DNA from: Candidatus Micrarchaeaceae archaeon | Lineage (GTDB): Archaea > Micrarchaeota > Micrarchaeia > Micrarchaeales > Micrarchaeaceae | Direction of reading: 5' to 3' | NCBI GenBank assembly: GCA_050013715.1 | Contig: JBEKES010000001.1 | Coordinates: 1 to 64,000 of the forward strand | DNA length: 64,000 bases | Part shown: in pieces, positions 1 to 10,016 of the stretch | Position numbering within the stretch: position 1 is the first letter of the stretch | Layout of the letters: each line of letters begins with the position of its first letter | Program-made: the position numbers and the translations under genes | Notes under the pieces: generated by a model | Told to the model about the DNA's origin: nothing | Database searches by the model: none | Seen by the model: only the letters and a program-made list of their open reading frames with translations

Positions 1-119
1 GGAGGAGCCCAATCCAAAATGGAATATAATAAAATGATTATAAACGCTATTAAACAGATTATGCCAAGTAGCTTAACAAGATTTGCATATTTTATCTTTG
101 TAGCTTTTTTTAGTGCCAT
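1..119 (-). CDS. membrane-anchored hypothetical protein, 3' end runs off window
   Basis: ATG at 119 directly after the stop of 120..659; reads MALKKATKIKYANLVKLLGIICLIAFIIILLYSILDWAP (basic N-terminus plus TM helix). Confidence 0.6.
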   Translation of the reverse strand, partial: MALKKATKIKYANLVKLLGIICLIAFIIILLYSILDWAP

Positions 120-659
120 CTAATTACCATTTTCATGAATAAAAACTATTGCCACTGGCGCATATTTAAATTGATTATTTCCACTTGTTTGGTATTGTGC
201 AAATAAAATTCCACTTTCACATCCTTTGCAAATAGGGCCTCCGGGAGAGGGAAATATATTCTGCGGGATTGGGATAGTAATATTTAGAGGTACTACTTGA
301 GCTGATACAATTCCATCAGATATAGTTGTAACGTTTTGAGGTGTAAAGAATCCTGTATAGTTGTTGGTAAAACTAGTATACGCGTATGCTGAACTGTTTA
401 TATATATTATATTTGCACTGGTCCAATTTGTTCCAGTATTTTGACTAAATATAAAATGGAACGTAGTTGAATACGCTGTGGGACTATTGCAGGTAAAGTT
501 TTGTTTGGCACTACACGAAGTAGGACCATATGGTACTGGTCCTATAAAATATTCCGAATTAATAATAAAATATATCAAAATTAAAACCAATAAAACTATA
601 AATATGCTGATAAGAATAGTTTTCTTTTTTGTATTGTTTTCCTTTTTTGATTTTGCCAT
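120..659 (-). CDS. N-terminally anchored surface protein (Cys pairs, many N-glycosylation sequons)
   Basis: Lys-rich N-terminus, single TM, then S/T/N-rich domain with several NxS/T sites. Confidence 0.6.
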   Translation of the reverse strand: MAKSKKENNTKKKTILISIFIVLLVLILIYFIINSEYFIGPVPYGPTSCSAKQNFTCNSPTAYSTTFHFIFSQNTGTNWTSANIIYINSSAYAYTSFTNNYTGFFTPQNVTTISDGIVSAQVVPLNITIPIPQNIFPSPGGPICKGCESGILFAQYQTSGNNQFKYAPVAIVFIHENGN

Positions 660-663
660 TATA

Positions 664-1278
664 TCATTTTATTAATCTTAGATCAACTGCGTCATAAGTA
701 TTGTCGTGTATTATTACTGGATTGAGATCCAATTCACTTATTTCGTTGTCGTAAAACATTTTCGATACTTTGAGCAATAATTCTTTTATGTTTTTTGAGG
801 TTTGCTCGTTTGGCGCTATTACAGGTCTTGATTTTAATTGCTGTAGCATGGATTCTGCATCGTATTCTGTTATAGGGCATAGTCTGAGGGCGAAATCCTT
901 GAACGTTTCAACATAAATGCCCCCAAGCCCTATCAGAATCATCTTGCCGAACTGCTGGTCGGTCTTGCCTCCTATTATTATTTCAATGCCATTTTTTACC
1001 ATTTTTTGAGCAAGTATTTTGTATGGCTTGAATTGCTGCGCCCTTTTTTGCAGTTGATCGAATGCATTTTCTATTTCTTTTGGCTCGCTCAGATTCAGTT
1101 CGACTAGCTTGTTCTTCGATTTGTGAAGCGCCTTCTGTGATATTACTTTCAGAACGATTGGCCTATGATTGGAGAAAACAATTGCCTCCTTTGCGCTTTC
1201 AACGTATTTGCTTTCAATGCTTTTTATATCATATTTTTTAAGAAGGGTATGTGCTTTCATATATTCGGTAAGCTCCAT
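664..1278 (-). CDS. acdB: acetate-CoA ligase (ADP-forming) beta subunit, ATP-grasp
   Basis: VLKVIS..HKS, EIIIGG..D.QFG..I.IGLGGIYVETFKD and ELDLNPV motifs. Confidence 0.85.
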   Translation of the reverse strand: MELTEYMKAHTLLKKYDIKSIESKYVESAKEAIVFSNHRPIVLKVISQKALHKSKNKLVELNLSEPKEIENAFDQLQKRAQQFKPYKILAQKMVKNGIEIIIGGKTDQQFGKMILIGLGGIYVETFKDFALRLCPITEYDAESMLQQLKSRPVIAPNEQTSKNIKELLLKVSKMFYDNEISELDLNPVIIHDNTYDAVDLRLIK

Positions 1279-1290
1279 ACATTCACTCGT

Positions 1291-2001
1291 TCAAATCAGA
1301 TGCATGAAAAACGCCAAGTATCCCAGTAATATTACTACAACAACCACTATGCCGATTATGAGGAATGTTCTTGTCTTTTTTGCATTTATTATCTTAGCTT
1401 CAAGGGCAATCAAATCCTCTTTGGTTTGCGGCTGCTGTGGTGTTGTACCATCCATCTGCTGCGCTGCATCAACCATTGAAGGCTGTTGCAGCTGCTGGCC
1501 TTCAGTTAGAGAAACGTTAGTAGCTGCTTGAGTGGTCGGGGCTTGGGGGCCGTCTTTTACTGCAAGGAATCCCTTTTCCGTTAGATTAATGTTCATGTTT
1601 CCGTTTCTTAATTCATAGGAAAGATACTGCTGCTGCGACAATCTGTACAAATGCATTGCAAGGTCTTTTTGAGTAACATTTACTCCGCTTGTTATTTCCT
1701 GCAAGCTTCTCATTCTGTTCGATAATTGTACAAGGATCGCCATGTCTAATGTATCGAACGGCTGCGCCGCCTTTGCTGCAGCCTCAGTCAATATTTCCTT
1801 TCCCTGTTCTGTAACTGTTATTGCGCTCTGATTGGGAAATGCTGTTACAAAATCCACCAATCCTTTCTGCTTTAGTGTCCCGAGAATGTTCGAGGCATCA
1901 AAAAATGAGGAGTTGATCAATCCGCCGAATTTCTCCACAGTAGATTCTGTGGTTATCCTTGAAAGGGCCACTAGGTCGACAAAACTTATAGTTTCTAACA
2001 T
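1291..2001 (-). CDS. tandem winged-helix protein with Q/P/T-rich linker and C-terminal TM anchor
   Basis: two wHTH-like ends (LKQKGLV..ITVTEQG; LSQQQYL..INLTEKG) and a hydrophobic C-terminal helix. Confidence 0.6.
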   Translation of the reverse strand: MLETISFVDLVALSRITTESTVEKFGGLINSSFFDASNILGTLKQKGLVDFVTAFPNQSAITVTEQGKEILTEAAAKAAQPFDTLDMAILVQLSNRMRSLQEITSGVNVTQKDLAMHLYRLSQQQYLSYELRNGNMNINLTEKGFLAVKDGPQAPTTQAATNVSLTEGQQLQQPSMVDAAQQMDGTTPQQPQTKEDLIALEAKIINAKKTRTFLIIGIVVVVVILLGYLAFFMHLI

Positions 2002-2136
2002 GAATGCACCGGTAATACTTACTATAAAGATGGAAATATATTTATTAGCTTGTTAGTTCTTCCGGTTTGATTGATATGCAACCATTAAAGTTTTCCTTTA
2101 TATTAATGAGTAATAAAATAGTACTAGTGCATTTGC

Positions 2137-3390
2137 ATGATGCTTAAATTTTTCGGAGGAGCCCAGGAAGTTGGCCGCTCTGCAATACTTTTGAAGGATG
2201 ATACAACTCTTCTGCTGGACTATGGAATAAAGCTCAACCATGGGATAGAATATCCTACAGAGGTAACGAAAACAGATGCCTTTGTATTAAGCCATGCGCA
2301 TCTGGACCATTGCGGGTTCGCCCCAACGCTGTACAATGAGATGCTCATACCATCTTTCGGTACAGAACCAACTCTGGAGCTTTCTGAATTGCTGCTCAAC
2401 GATGCGTTGAACATAGCGAAAAAGGAGCACAAGCAGCAGCGCTACCACAAGAAGCAAATTGCAACTTTCATGCACAGGTATACAAGTCTTGAATATGGTA
2501 ATGGTGCAATGCTAGGCAATTTCAACATAGAGATGTACGATGCAGGGCACATATGCGGAAGTGCGATAACATTGATTGAAAGAAAGAATGCAAAGGACAA
2601 CAAAAGAGTAGTATATACTGGAGATTTCAAGCTTGAGCCCCAGTTTCTCCATAAAGGTGCAGAGATAGTCAAAGGAGATATTCTAATTATGGAATCAACC
2701 TATGCAACAAGGGAGCACCCAGATAGAAATGAAACGATGAAAAAATTGGTAGAAAGCATAAAGGAAACACTTGACAACAAGGGCAATGTGTTATTGCCCG
2801 TGTTTGCAGTTGGAAGAAGCCAGGAGCTCCTTACATTGCTCTACAAGAACAACCTAACGCAATATGCGTATCTTGATGGAATGGCAAGAACAGCAACCAG
2901 CATCGTATTGCGCAACAGCAATTTCATTGACAACGCAGCTTCACTTGAAAAAGCAGTAAGCGAAACAACGCTCATAAAAAGCCAGGAGGACAGATTTGAT
3001 GCACTTAACGGACCTTCGATAATAATGACAACGGCTGGCATGCTGACAGGAGGGCCCGTGCTTGAATATATAACAAAATTGAAGAACAATTCAAAGATAT
3101 TCCTTACCGGTTATCAGGTAGAAGGAAGCAACGGAAGAACCCTATTGGAAAAAGGGTTTGTAACGCTCAAGGAAAAGCCCGTAAAGATTCCCACTCCAAC
3201 AGAATTCTATGACATGTCGGCACACGCAGGAAAGAAGGATTTGCACGAATACGTGAAAAGAAGCTCTCCTGGCAAAGTCATATGCGTCCATGGGGACAAG
3301 GACAACTCAATAGAATTGGCTGAAAGCCTCAAGCTTGAAGGCTATGAGGCCTATGCGCCAAAGCTTGGGGAAACATTGAAGTTTGATTAA
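2137..3390 (+). CDS. beta-CASP metallo-beta-lactamase ribonuclease (aCPSF2-like)
   Basis: GGAQEVGRS, SHAHLDH, AGHICGS, YTGD, ESTY, SAHAG and VHGD motifs. Confidence 0.9.
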   Translation: MMLKFFGGAQEVGRSAILLKDDTTLLLDYGIKLNHGIEYPTEVTKTDAFVLSHAHLDHCGFAPTLYNEMLIPSFGTEPTLELSELLLNDALNIAKKEHKQQRYHKKQIATFMHRYTSLEYGNGAMLGNFNIEMYDAGHICGSAITLIERKNAKDNKRVVYTGDFKLEPQFLHKGAEIVKGDILIMESTYATREHPDRNETMKKLVESIKETLDNKGNVLLPVFAVGRSQELLTLLYKNNLTQYAYLDGMARTATSIVLRNSNFIDNAASLEKAVSETTLIKSQEDRFDALNGPSIIMTTAGMLTGGPVLEYITKLKNNSKIFLTGYQVEGSNGRTLLEKGFVTLKEKPVKIPTPTEFYDMSAHAGKKDLHEYVKRSSPGKVICVHGDKDNSIELAESLKLEGYEAYAPKLGETLKFD

Positions 3391-3465
3391 TTTTAGCGAG
3401 TTTCTTTCAGAGCTTTGCTAATAAATCTGCCCACAGATTTTAATTTATGATAAGGAGGAGAAGCT

Positions 3466-3768
3466 CTAATTTTTCTTTCTGCTTAGTATAAACTTAACTG
3501 AAGGGCTTAGAGGCTTGTCTTTTCTATGTGGGCATCCATACCAGCAGCAGGGTCTTTTCATACCTTCTTTTAGCTCAGAAACAACTCTTGCTACATGCTC
3601 ATCTCTGATTTGCTGTTGTTTTACATAAGTAGTCCAGCAAATCCACTCATTTCTTGCTAACGGTGTAATGCCTTCCCATTTTTCCAATGCTTTCTTATCT
3701 GCCAGTAGTGCCTTTTTCAAGTCGTTTGGCATCCTATGCACCGTTCCAGAAGAAATTTTTTCTCCCAT
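3466..3768 (-). CDS. YdeI/OmpD-associated family protein
   Basis: MPNDLKKAL...WEGITPLARNEWICW...RPCCWYGC pattern. Confidence 0.75.
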   Translation of the reverse strand: MGEKISSGTVHRMPNDLKKALLADKKALEKWEGITPLARNEWICWTTYVKQQQIRDEHVARVVSELKEGMKRPCCWYGCPHRKDKPLSPSVKFILSRKKN

Positions 3769-3878
3769 AAACTAATATAATCAAGGTAAATTTATAAGTA
3801 TTTTCCGCACACGTTTCATGAATTTATTAGCAGGAAACATATAAATATTTAATAAAATAGAGATTTGATGGTGGTAAT

Positions 3879-4487
3879 ATGCAGGACCAAACAAAAACAG
3901 CACCTTCAACAGCAAATTCCGGAAAATCAGCACAGATAATTTCAACAGAAAGGCAATTTTTAGAACTTAGAGGGGATTATACAGAATTAGTGAAATTTAC
4001 TGCTGATCCAGATAGATTAACCGATTATAATGGCGTATATCTTTATCGAAGGGCTCCTTCAGAAAATAGATTTATTAAGAAATCCGCAGATGGAAATTCG
4101 ATAGTTAAAATTACTAACAGAACAGGGGATTTGAAGTTTGATGGTTATATGGGGATATGGACAAGATTAAACATTATTGATATAGTAGGTCCAAGACATT
4201 CTGAATTTGAACAACTGAAGCTAAAATTGATAGAAAGCGAGCAATGGATATTGAGTGAAAAGGATAAGAATTTTATTTTAGAAAAATTAGCTGATATGCA
4301 GAGAGCTGGCTTGGAAATATTTTATAACGTTGATCCGGATTTGTATCAAAATAGTGTTGCTGTCCAATTAAATCAAGGACATATTACAGAAATCGAAATA
4401 CATTTTATGAATGGGCACGGTATTTATTTAACAAGACAGGAAACAGTTCCGAAAACTGAAAGATTAAGGCTTAGATTGAGGATTTAG
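3879..4487 (+). CDS. hypothetical protein (orphan)
   Basis: 202-aa ORF with its own TATA box and GGTGG RBS. Confidence 0.6.
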   Translation: MQDQTKTAPSTANSGKSAQIISTERQFLELRGDYTELVKFTADPDRLTDYNGVYLYRRAPSENRFIKKSADGNSIVKITNRTGDLKFDGYMGIWTRLNIIDIVGPRHSEFEQLKLKLIESEQWILSEKDKNFILEKLADMQRAGLEIFYNVDPDLYQNSVAVQLNQGHITEIEIHFMNGHGIYLTRQETVPKTERLRLRLRI

Positions 4488-4628
4488 TAACCCAGCGAAG
4501 GTAGTGATTGAACCGCGAACAGAAATGGTAGAGTTTACGCAAAGTGATAGAATTAGAAAGTACTGGAAACGCAGGTCCTAGAACTTACCAGCATTAGGTA
4601 TAAAACTTACCCGGTTTCGAAATCTTTG

Positions 4629-5102
4629 TTATGAATGGAATAAATTTCTGCATTTTTTCCGCATAAAATTCTCTACTACAAATGGTTTGGTATCACTCTT
4701 TTCTATTATCTTCTTGGCAGAAATATTTATTGTCCTCCACAGCCATTTATCGTTGGCATTCTTTATTCTATAATTATGCATATCGGAAATGTTCGAACCG
4801 AATACTATGCCATCCATTTTTGCCCATATGGTAGCTGCCGTGCACATTGGACAAGGCTCGTGTGTTGAGTAAAGTACGCATCCTTCGAGATGTCTTGTTT
4901 TTAATATTTTTGAGGCCTTTTTTATTGCAACGATTTCTGCATGCTGTGTTGGATCTGAATCTAATTTGGTTCTGTTGCCAACTTTTACTATAACTTTACC
5001 AGATTTAACTATAACAGCTCCAATGGCATAGTCTCCTTTCTTCCTTGTTTTTATAGCTTCTTTAATTGCAATTTCCATAAATTTTCTTTCTGCTTTGTGC
5101 AT
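4629..5102 (-). CDS. zinc-dependent nucleoside/nucleobase deaminase (guanine deaminase/TadA-like)
   Basis: HAE...EPCPMC motif. Confidence 0.9.
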   Translation of the reverse strand: MHKAERKFMEIAIKEAIKTRKKGDYAIGAVIVKSGKVIVKVGNRTKLDSDPTQHAEIVAIKKASKILKTRHLEGCVLYSTHEPCPMCTAATIWAKMDGIVFGSNISDMHNYRIKNANDKWLWRTINISAKKIIEKSDTKPFVVENFMRKKCRNLFHS

Positions 5103-5130
5103 TAAAAAACCATATTGATGAATTTAGAAA

Positions 5131-6198
5131 TCAGAATTTGCCGACATTCGGCCATCTCAATACGTTGCTTTCCACTGTTGCCCTTGATGTCGTTGTCTCT
5201 TCTCCTACATATACAGCTTTTGAGTACAGCAGTACTAGGAATGACAGGAATACAAGCCCGTCAACTATGATGAGATAGTATGTAGTTGTGTTTATGTATT
5301 GATACGTGAAAAGCGCCACTGTGACAATGCACAATATCACTCCTATCAGGAATGATCTTCTTGATTGCATGAATATGAGTATCGCATCTATGAACAGTAG
5401 GGTCATCAGCAGGCTTTCGCCCAATGGATACAGATAAGGTATTGTTGTCTTCAATGCAAATGCTTGTACACCAACCTTATGGAAATACTGCAGAACGAAT
5501 AATACCTGTGCATTGGAATAATAGAAAAATATTAGGAAAGAAGCCATGAGCATTATCCCTGCAATTATGTTTATGGTGTGTCCTCTTGAGTTTACCTTTT
5601 CTCCAAAGCCAAGGGAAACGTTGTCTATATCCTGCAGGCAGTAGTAGTTTTTATTGTATTCAATTGTATCTTCAAAGCAGAAAGGCCTATGACAGTAGTT
5701 GCATATGGCGTAGGCCTGCCTCCACGGGTGCCATACGCATACCTGGCCTTTTGCCGCTTCCCTGCTCATGGATTCCTGCTTTTTCCTGGAGCTTTTCTTG
5801 AACGTGTATTCATCATTGGCATATACCTTTACGCTGGATTTGTCTTCCTCTTCCGCAGGTTGGGCTTGCTGCCCGTATATGCTTTGCTTGGGCATCTCTT
5901 CCTGCATTGGTTGTATTATTTCCCTCTTTGTTTGAGCAATTGATGGTTCAGTTTTTTGCTGCTCGATTATTTTTGGCTTCTGTTCCTCTTCCTGAATCGG
6001 CTGGGCTTTTTGAACAGGAGCAGCTTGCTTCTTCTCTTCTTGATATTTGCCTAGCTTGAGTTCTTTCTCGCTTTCTGGCTCGGGCAGCATGGGTTCCTCT
6101 ACGCTTTTCAAATTAAATTCATTGTTTTTCTTCTTCTTTGGAGTTTCCTCAGTTTCCCTTGTCTTGAAAATTAAAAGGGATTCCGGGTCTACAGCCAT
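5131..6198 (-). CDS. membrane protein with B-box-like zinc finger
   Basis: disordered N-terminus, CxxH..CxxC..CxxD..C motif, four C-terminal TM helices. Confidence 0.65.
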   Translation of the reverse strand: MAVDPESLLIFKTRETEETPKKKKNNEFNLKSVEEPMLPEPESEKELKLGKYQEEKKQAAPVQKAQPIQEEEQKPKIIEQQKTEPSIAQTKREIIQPMQEEMPKQSIYGQQAQPAEEEDKSSVKVYANDEYTFKKSSRKKQESMSREAAKGQVCVWHPWRQAYAICNYCHRPFCFEDTIEYNKNYYCLQDIDNVSLGFGEKVNSRGHTINIIAGIMLMASFLIFFYYSNAQVLFVLQYFHKVGVQAFALKTTIPYLYPLGESLLMTLLFIDAILIFMQSRRSFLIGVILCIVTVALFTYQYINTTTYYLIIVDGLVFLSFLVLLYSKAVYVGEETTTSRATVESNVLRWPNVGKF

Positions 6199-6209
6199 AT
6201 ATTATCACA

Positions 6210-6443
6210 TTACAGGTCTCTCTTTGATCTTTCAATAGCCTGTTTTTTAAGCTTTTCGAATATTCCCCTGTGCTTTGCGCAGCTTATGCAATAGTATGTT
6301 TTTCTTCTCTCAAAGAACCGTACGTCTTGAGTAGTTCTTGTCTCAGTGCTGAAGCTTATGCCCCTCTCATAGACAATGGCCTTGTTGTGTGGTACGGTTC
6401 TGCCGCATGATTCGCATCTTACTAATGTGTCTTTTCCTCTCAT
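6210..6443 (-). CDS. rps26e: 30S ribosomal protein eS26
   Basis: RG...VRCESCGRTVPHNKAI...YCISCAKHRGI, the eS26 zinc-finger signature. Confidence 0.8.
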   Translation of the reverse strand: MRGKDTLVRCESCGRTVPHNKAIVYERGISFSTETRTTQDVRFFERRKTYYCISCAKHRGIFEKLKKQAIERSKRDL

Positions 6444-6537
6444 GTTAACACCTTTATAATTTATAATTTTACTATAATAACATTAATAATCCTTTACAGA
6501 GAAATTCTGTCGCGGAAGGCTTTTTTTTAGTGGTGCT

Positions 6538-6867
6538 TTGTACTATAATTACGAGAAAACTATGAAGTTGACAATCCCTGCCATGAGGGCAGCTGTAGCA
6601 ATAACGCTAAAGGAAAAGCACAAGATGAGAGAAGTGGACATAGCAAAAAAACTCGGCATTGCTCAGGCAGCTGTAAGCAAATACATAAGCAGAAGCTATT
6701 CCTCGAATATAAGTGCACTGGTAGATTTCATTAACGAGAAAAATCTTCAAAAGGAAGTTGTAAACGCAATACTCGCAAAGAAGGGCAATGACTACATAAT
6801 AAACAGGTTAGATTCAGCTGCATCTGGCAAAGGCCTGGTGCGGAAGGCGCAGAACAGCCAAAAATGA
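6538..6867 (+). CDS. HTH transcriptional regulator (ThiR/ThiN N-terminal HTH-like)
   Basis: IPAMRAAVA..L...IAKKLGIAQAAVSKY; TTG start after GGTG. Confidence 0.75.
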   Translation: MYYNYEKTMKLTIPAMRAAVAITLKEKHKMREVDIAKKLGIAQAAVSKYISRSYSSNISALVDFINEKNLQKEVVNAILAKKGNDYIINRLDSAASGKGLVRKAQNSQK

Positions 6868-6899
6868 ACCTATAAATATTATTCAAGCGTAATAATATT

Positions 6900-7508
6900 G
6901 TGATAAAAATGGCAGATATGACAGTAGAAGCAGCTAAACCAACCACTGGCTTTAGCAGAGACACTGCAAAATATGAAATGTGGTTTACACATACGGATGA
7001 AGAGCCACAGGGGCTTTCCAGAAGCAAGGTATTTGCAATACTAGAAAAAAGCAACCTTAGCATAAGCGGATTCAGGATCAATCTAAATATAATTGGCAAA
7101 CAAGGAGCCATTATAGGCGATGAAGTAATGAGATGGAATAAAAAACGCATGGAATCTGGAAACAGAGCGTTAAAAATACCGGATGATTTTTGCGACAACG
7201 TAAGAAGCTTTCATGTGGGTATGGGAGTAATTGTTAACGCACAGTATCTTGATCTGGCTTCCTTTGTTATTACAGAGGATAAAACACCAATTAGGCAGTA
7301 TGCAAGAAGAGATTCGGACCAGCAATTGGATCAGCATGAATTTGATATGCTATTTAGAAACTTCAAGGATTCATCTGACGGAGCATTGCAATTGAAGGCG
7401 ATACTAAGAGTATGCCTAGCGACAGAAGAAGCCAAAAGAACAGCAGAGACAGGGCAATACTGGGAAAAATTCAAAGAATTAAATGCATTCATCAGGACGA
7501 CCATGTAA
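6900..7508 (+). CDS. hypothetical protein (orphan; likely ATG 6909)
   Basis: long ORF with TATA box and GTGAT RBS. Confidence 0.55.
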   Translation: MIKMADMTVEAAKPTTGFSRDTAKYEMWFTHTDEEPQGLSRSKVFAILEKSNLSISGFRINLNIIGKQGAIIGDEVMRWNKKRMESGNRALKIPDDFCDNVRSFHVGMGVIVNAQYLDLASFVITEDKTPIRQYARRDSDQQLDQHEFDMLFRNFKDSSDGALQLKAILRVCLATEEAKRTAETGQYWEKFKELNAFIRTTM

Positions 7509-7652
7509 GCCGTAGTTCACCATAATTATGGCATTTTGTGATAAAATTTGCAGTCGAAAAGGCGCAATTTTTGAATGGAAGTAAAGATTTATTCCGAAAG
7601 CATTTAAATACTTTCGAAAAGGGATTTACTGTATTAAGTTAATGGTGAAATT

Positions 7653-9680
7653 ATGCCAAATAGTCCACAACACAGAGACAGTGAAACGGTTGTAGAAAGC
7701 ATTAGTGTTAATGTTAATAGCGTAAGGCCCGAGATAAAGGTAACAGACCAGCAAAGCTCGGATCCGATCCTTGCTCCTTACCACAGAACGCTTGAAGAGA
7801 TAGACAAGATGCCGGTAATAGAGAAAACTATGACAGTGTGCCCAGAATGCAAGCTTATAATCAATGGAGTAATCTACAAGGATGGAGAAAACGTAATGAT
7901 TAGAAAGTATTGCCCGGAACACCAATGGACCATTGAAAAGTACTGGGAAGACTATGACATGTACATGAAGATGAGACGTTACAATTACTATGGAAGAGGC
8001 TTTGACAATCCTAATTACATAACAGAGACAAAGGGCGCTAATTGTCCATTTGATTGCGGAATGTGCGAAAGGCACAAATCACACACGGGTTTGGCCAACG
8101 TCGTAATAACAAACAGATGCCACTTAAGCTGCTGGTATTGCTTCTTCTATGCAAAGGAGGGAGAGCCAATATACGAACCTGGACTTGACGAAATAAGGAA
8201 GGTATTCCACGGATTAAGAATCCAGAAGCCCATACCTGCCAATGCAATTCAAATAACAGGAGGAGAGCCAATGATGCATCCTCAAATCATAGACGTGGTA
8301 AGAGTTGCAAAGGAAGAGGGCTTTGACCAAATACAATTAAACACTACCGGCATAATAATAGGCCAGAATCCTGAGATGGCATTCCAGCTCAAGCATGCAG
8401 GAGTAAGCACACTATACATGAGCTTCGACGGAGTAAGCAAGAGGTCCAATCCAAAGAACCACTGGGAAGCACCTCTTACGCTTGATGCGATTAGGAAATC
8501 CAATGGAACAGTTGTTCTTGTGCCAACAGTAATAAGGACAATAAACGACCATGAATTAGGAGCAATGATCAATTTCGCAATAAACAACATCGATGTTGTA
8601 AGAGCAGTTAACTTCCAGCCAGTTTCGTTGGTAGGAAGAATGCCCACAAGATTGAGGGAGAAGCAAAGAATATCCATTCCAGGAGCAATAAAATTAATTG
8701 AAGAGCAAACCAATGGTGTAATAAGAAAAGAGCACTGGTTCTCAGTTCCTTATGTAGGTGGAATCAACAAATTCATAGAAGCGCTTACGGGTGAATTCAA
8801 GTACGATCTTTCAATACATTTTGCCTGCGGAGCAGGTAATTACCTGTTCGTAGATCCAGACGGGAAGATAATTCCTATTACTGAGTTCGTAGATGCTGCT
8901 GGAATGCTGGAGCATCTGCAGAAAGCAGTAAACGACATGGAAGGAAAGAGCAAGATAGAAAGAAGATTGATAGCTGTTAAGACGCTGCTTTCAATGAACA
9001 AGTTCATAGACAAGAAAAAGCAGCCAAAGAGCGTAAACTTCATGAAGCTGCTTATGTCAGTGCTATTGAAGCACGATTTCGCATCAATGGGCACCTTCCA
9101 GATGAAGACATTATTCCTAGGAATGATGCACTTCCAGGACGAGTATACTTACGACATACACAGAGTAGAAAAGTGCGACATCCACTATGCAATGCCTGAC
9201 GGAGAGGTACTTCCATTCTGTACATTTAACGTATTTCCAGAAGTGTACAGAGACAAAGTCCAGAAGCAATACAGCATACCAGCAAAGGAATGGGAAAAGA
9301 CACATGCAAACTGGGCCTACTCAAAGGACAAATACACAAGAAATGTAAAGGAATTAGAGGCAAGCGAACTTTACAAGAAAACTTACGGCACAATGATTGA
9401 TTACTTCGCATTGCCAGTAAACGGAGGAAAAGCAGTTAAGAATTTCTCAAATCCGGCACAGCCGGTAGCAGTAACTCCAAAGCAGGTTGTTGAGCCGATA
9501 AAAGTGACAATAAACAATGCATCAGCCGCAACAAGCCACACCATAACGGCAAAACTTGAGGAAAAGGAAAGCAAGGAAAGTGAAACTTCAGGTTCATGCG
9601 GTTGCGGAGGAGGAGGCTGCGGATGCGGAGCCAATGAGAAGGAAAGCTCATGCGGTTGCGGCGGAAGTTGCGATTGCTAA
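7653..9680 (+). CDS. tes: radical SAM tetraether lipid synthase homolog (Tes/GDGT-MAS, MJ0619 family) with Cys/Gly-rich tail
   Basis: N-terminal CPEC..CPEH, CPFDCGMC..HKSHT, NRCHLSCWYC (CX3CX2C), VNFQPVS..GR, H.ACG and MHFQD.Y.YD..RV.KC.IHYA.PDG..LPFC.FN. Confidence 0.8.
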   Translation: MPNSPQHRDSETVVESISVNVNSVRPEIKVTDQQSSDPILAPYHRTLEEIDKMPVIEKTMTVCPECKLIINGVIYKDGENVMIRKYCPEHQWTIEKYWEDYDMYMKMRRYNYYGRGFDNPNYITETKGANCPFDCGMCERHKSHTGLANVVITNRCHLSCWYCFFYAKEGEPIYEPGLDEIRKVFHGLRIQKPIPANAIQITGGEPMMHPQIIDVVRVAKEEGFDQIQLNTTGIIIGQNPEMAFQLKHAGVSTLYMSFDGVSKRSNPKNHWEAPLTLDAIRKSNGTVVLVPTVIRTINDHELGAMINFAINNIDVVRAVNFQPVSLVGRMPTRLREKQRISIPGAIKLIEEQTNGVIRKEHWFSVPYVGGINKFIEALTGEFKYDLSIHFACGAGNYLFVDPDGKIIPITEFVDAAGMLEHLQKAVNDMEGKSKIERRLIAVKTLLSMNKFIDKKKQPKSVNFMKLLMSVLLKHDFASMGTFQMKTLFLGMMHFQDEYTYDIHRVEKCDIHYAMPDGEVLPFCTFNVFPEVYRDKVQKQYSIPAKEWEKTHANWAYSKDKYTRNVKELEASELYKKTYGTMIDYFALPVNGGKAVKNFSNPAQPVAVTPKQVVEPIKVTINNASAATSHTITAKLEEKESKESETSGSCGCGGGGCGCGANEKESSCGCGGSCDC

Positions 9681-9698
9681 ATAAACAAAAATGATAAA

Positions 9699-10007
9699 AT
9701 GGGGGCAACAGCCACAGCACCTAGTAGGGGAAAGAAGAATTTAGTAGAATATGATTTGAGCGAAGTTGCAGCAGTAACTTTCTATGAACCAACTGGTTTT
9801 AAAAAGGCCCTGGAAAGATTCTCAACAGATAAGAATCTTTATGGTGTTCCACATTTGATTGACGATATGAGAACAATCATAATGCCAAAGGAGGCAGTTC
9901 AGCATTTAGATGATTTGAAGTTTGTTGCAGGTAATATCGATTCGAGCGAATTTAATCGATGGCACATAGAAGGAGGAGGTGTCATTATAACAATTAGAAC
10001 AGCATAG
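9699..10007 (+). CDS. hypothetical protein
   Basis: 102-aa ORF tightly packed between tes and the next gene. Confidence 0.5.
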   Translation: MGATATAPSRGKKNLVEYDLSEVAAVTFYEPTGFKKALERFSTDKNLYGVPHLIDDMRTIIMPKEAVQHLDDLKFVAGNIDSSEFNRWHIEGGGVIITIRTA

Positions 10008-10016
10008 GGTATTTTT

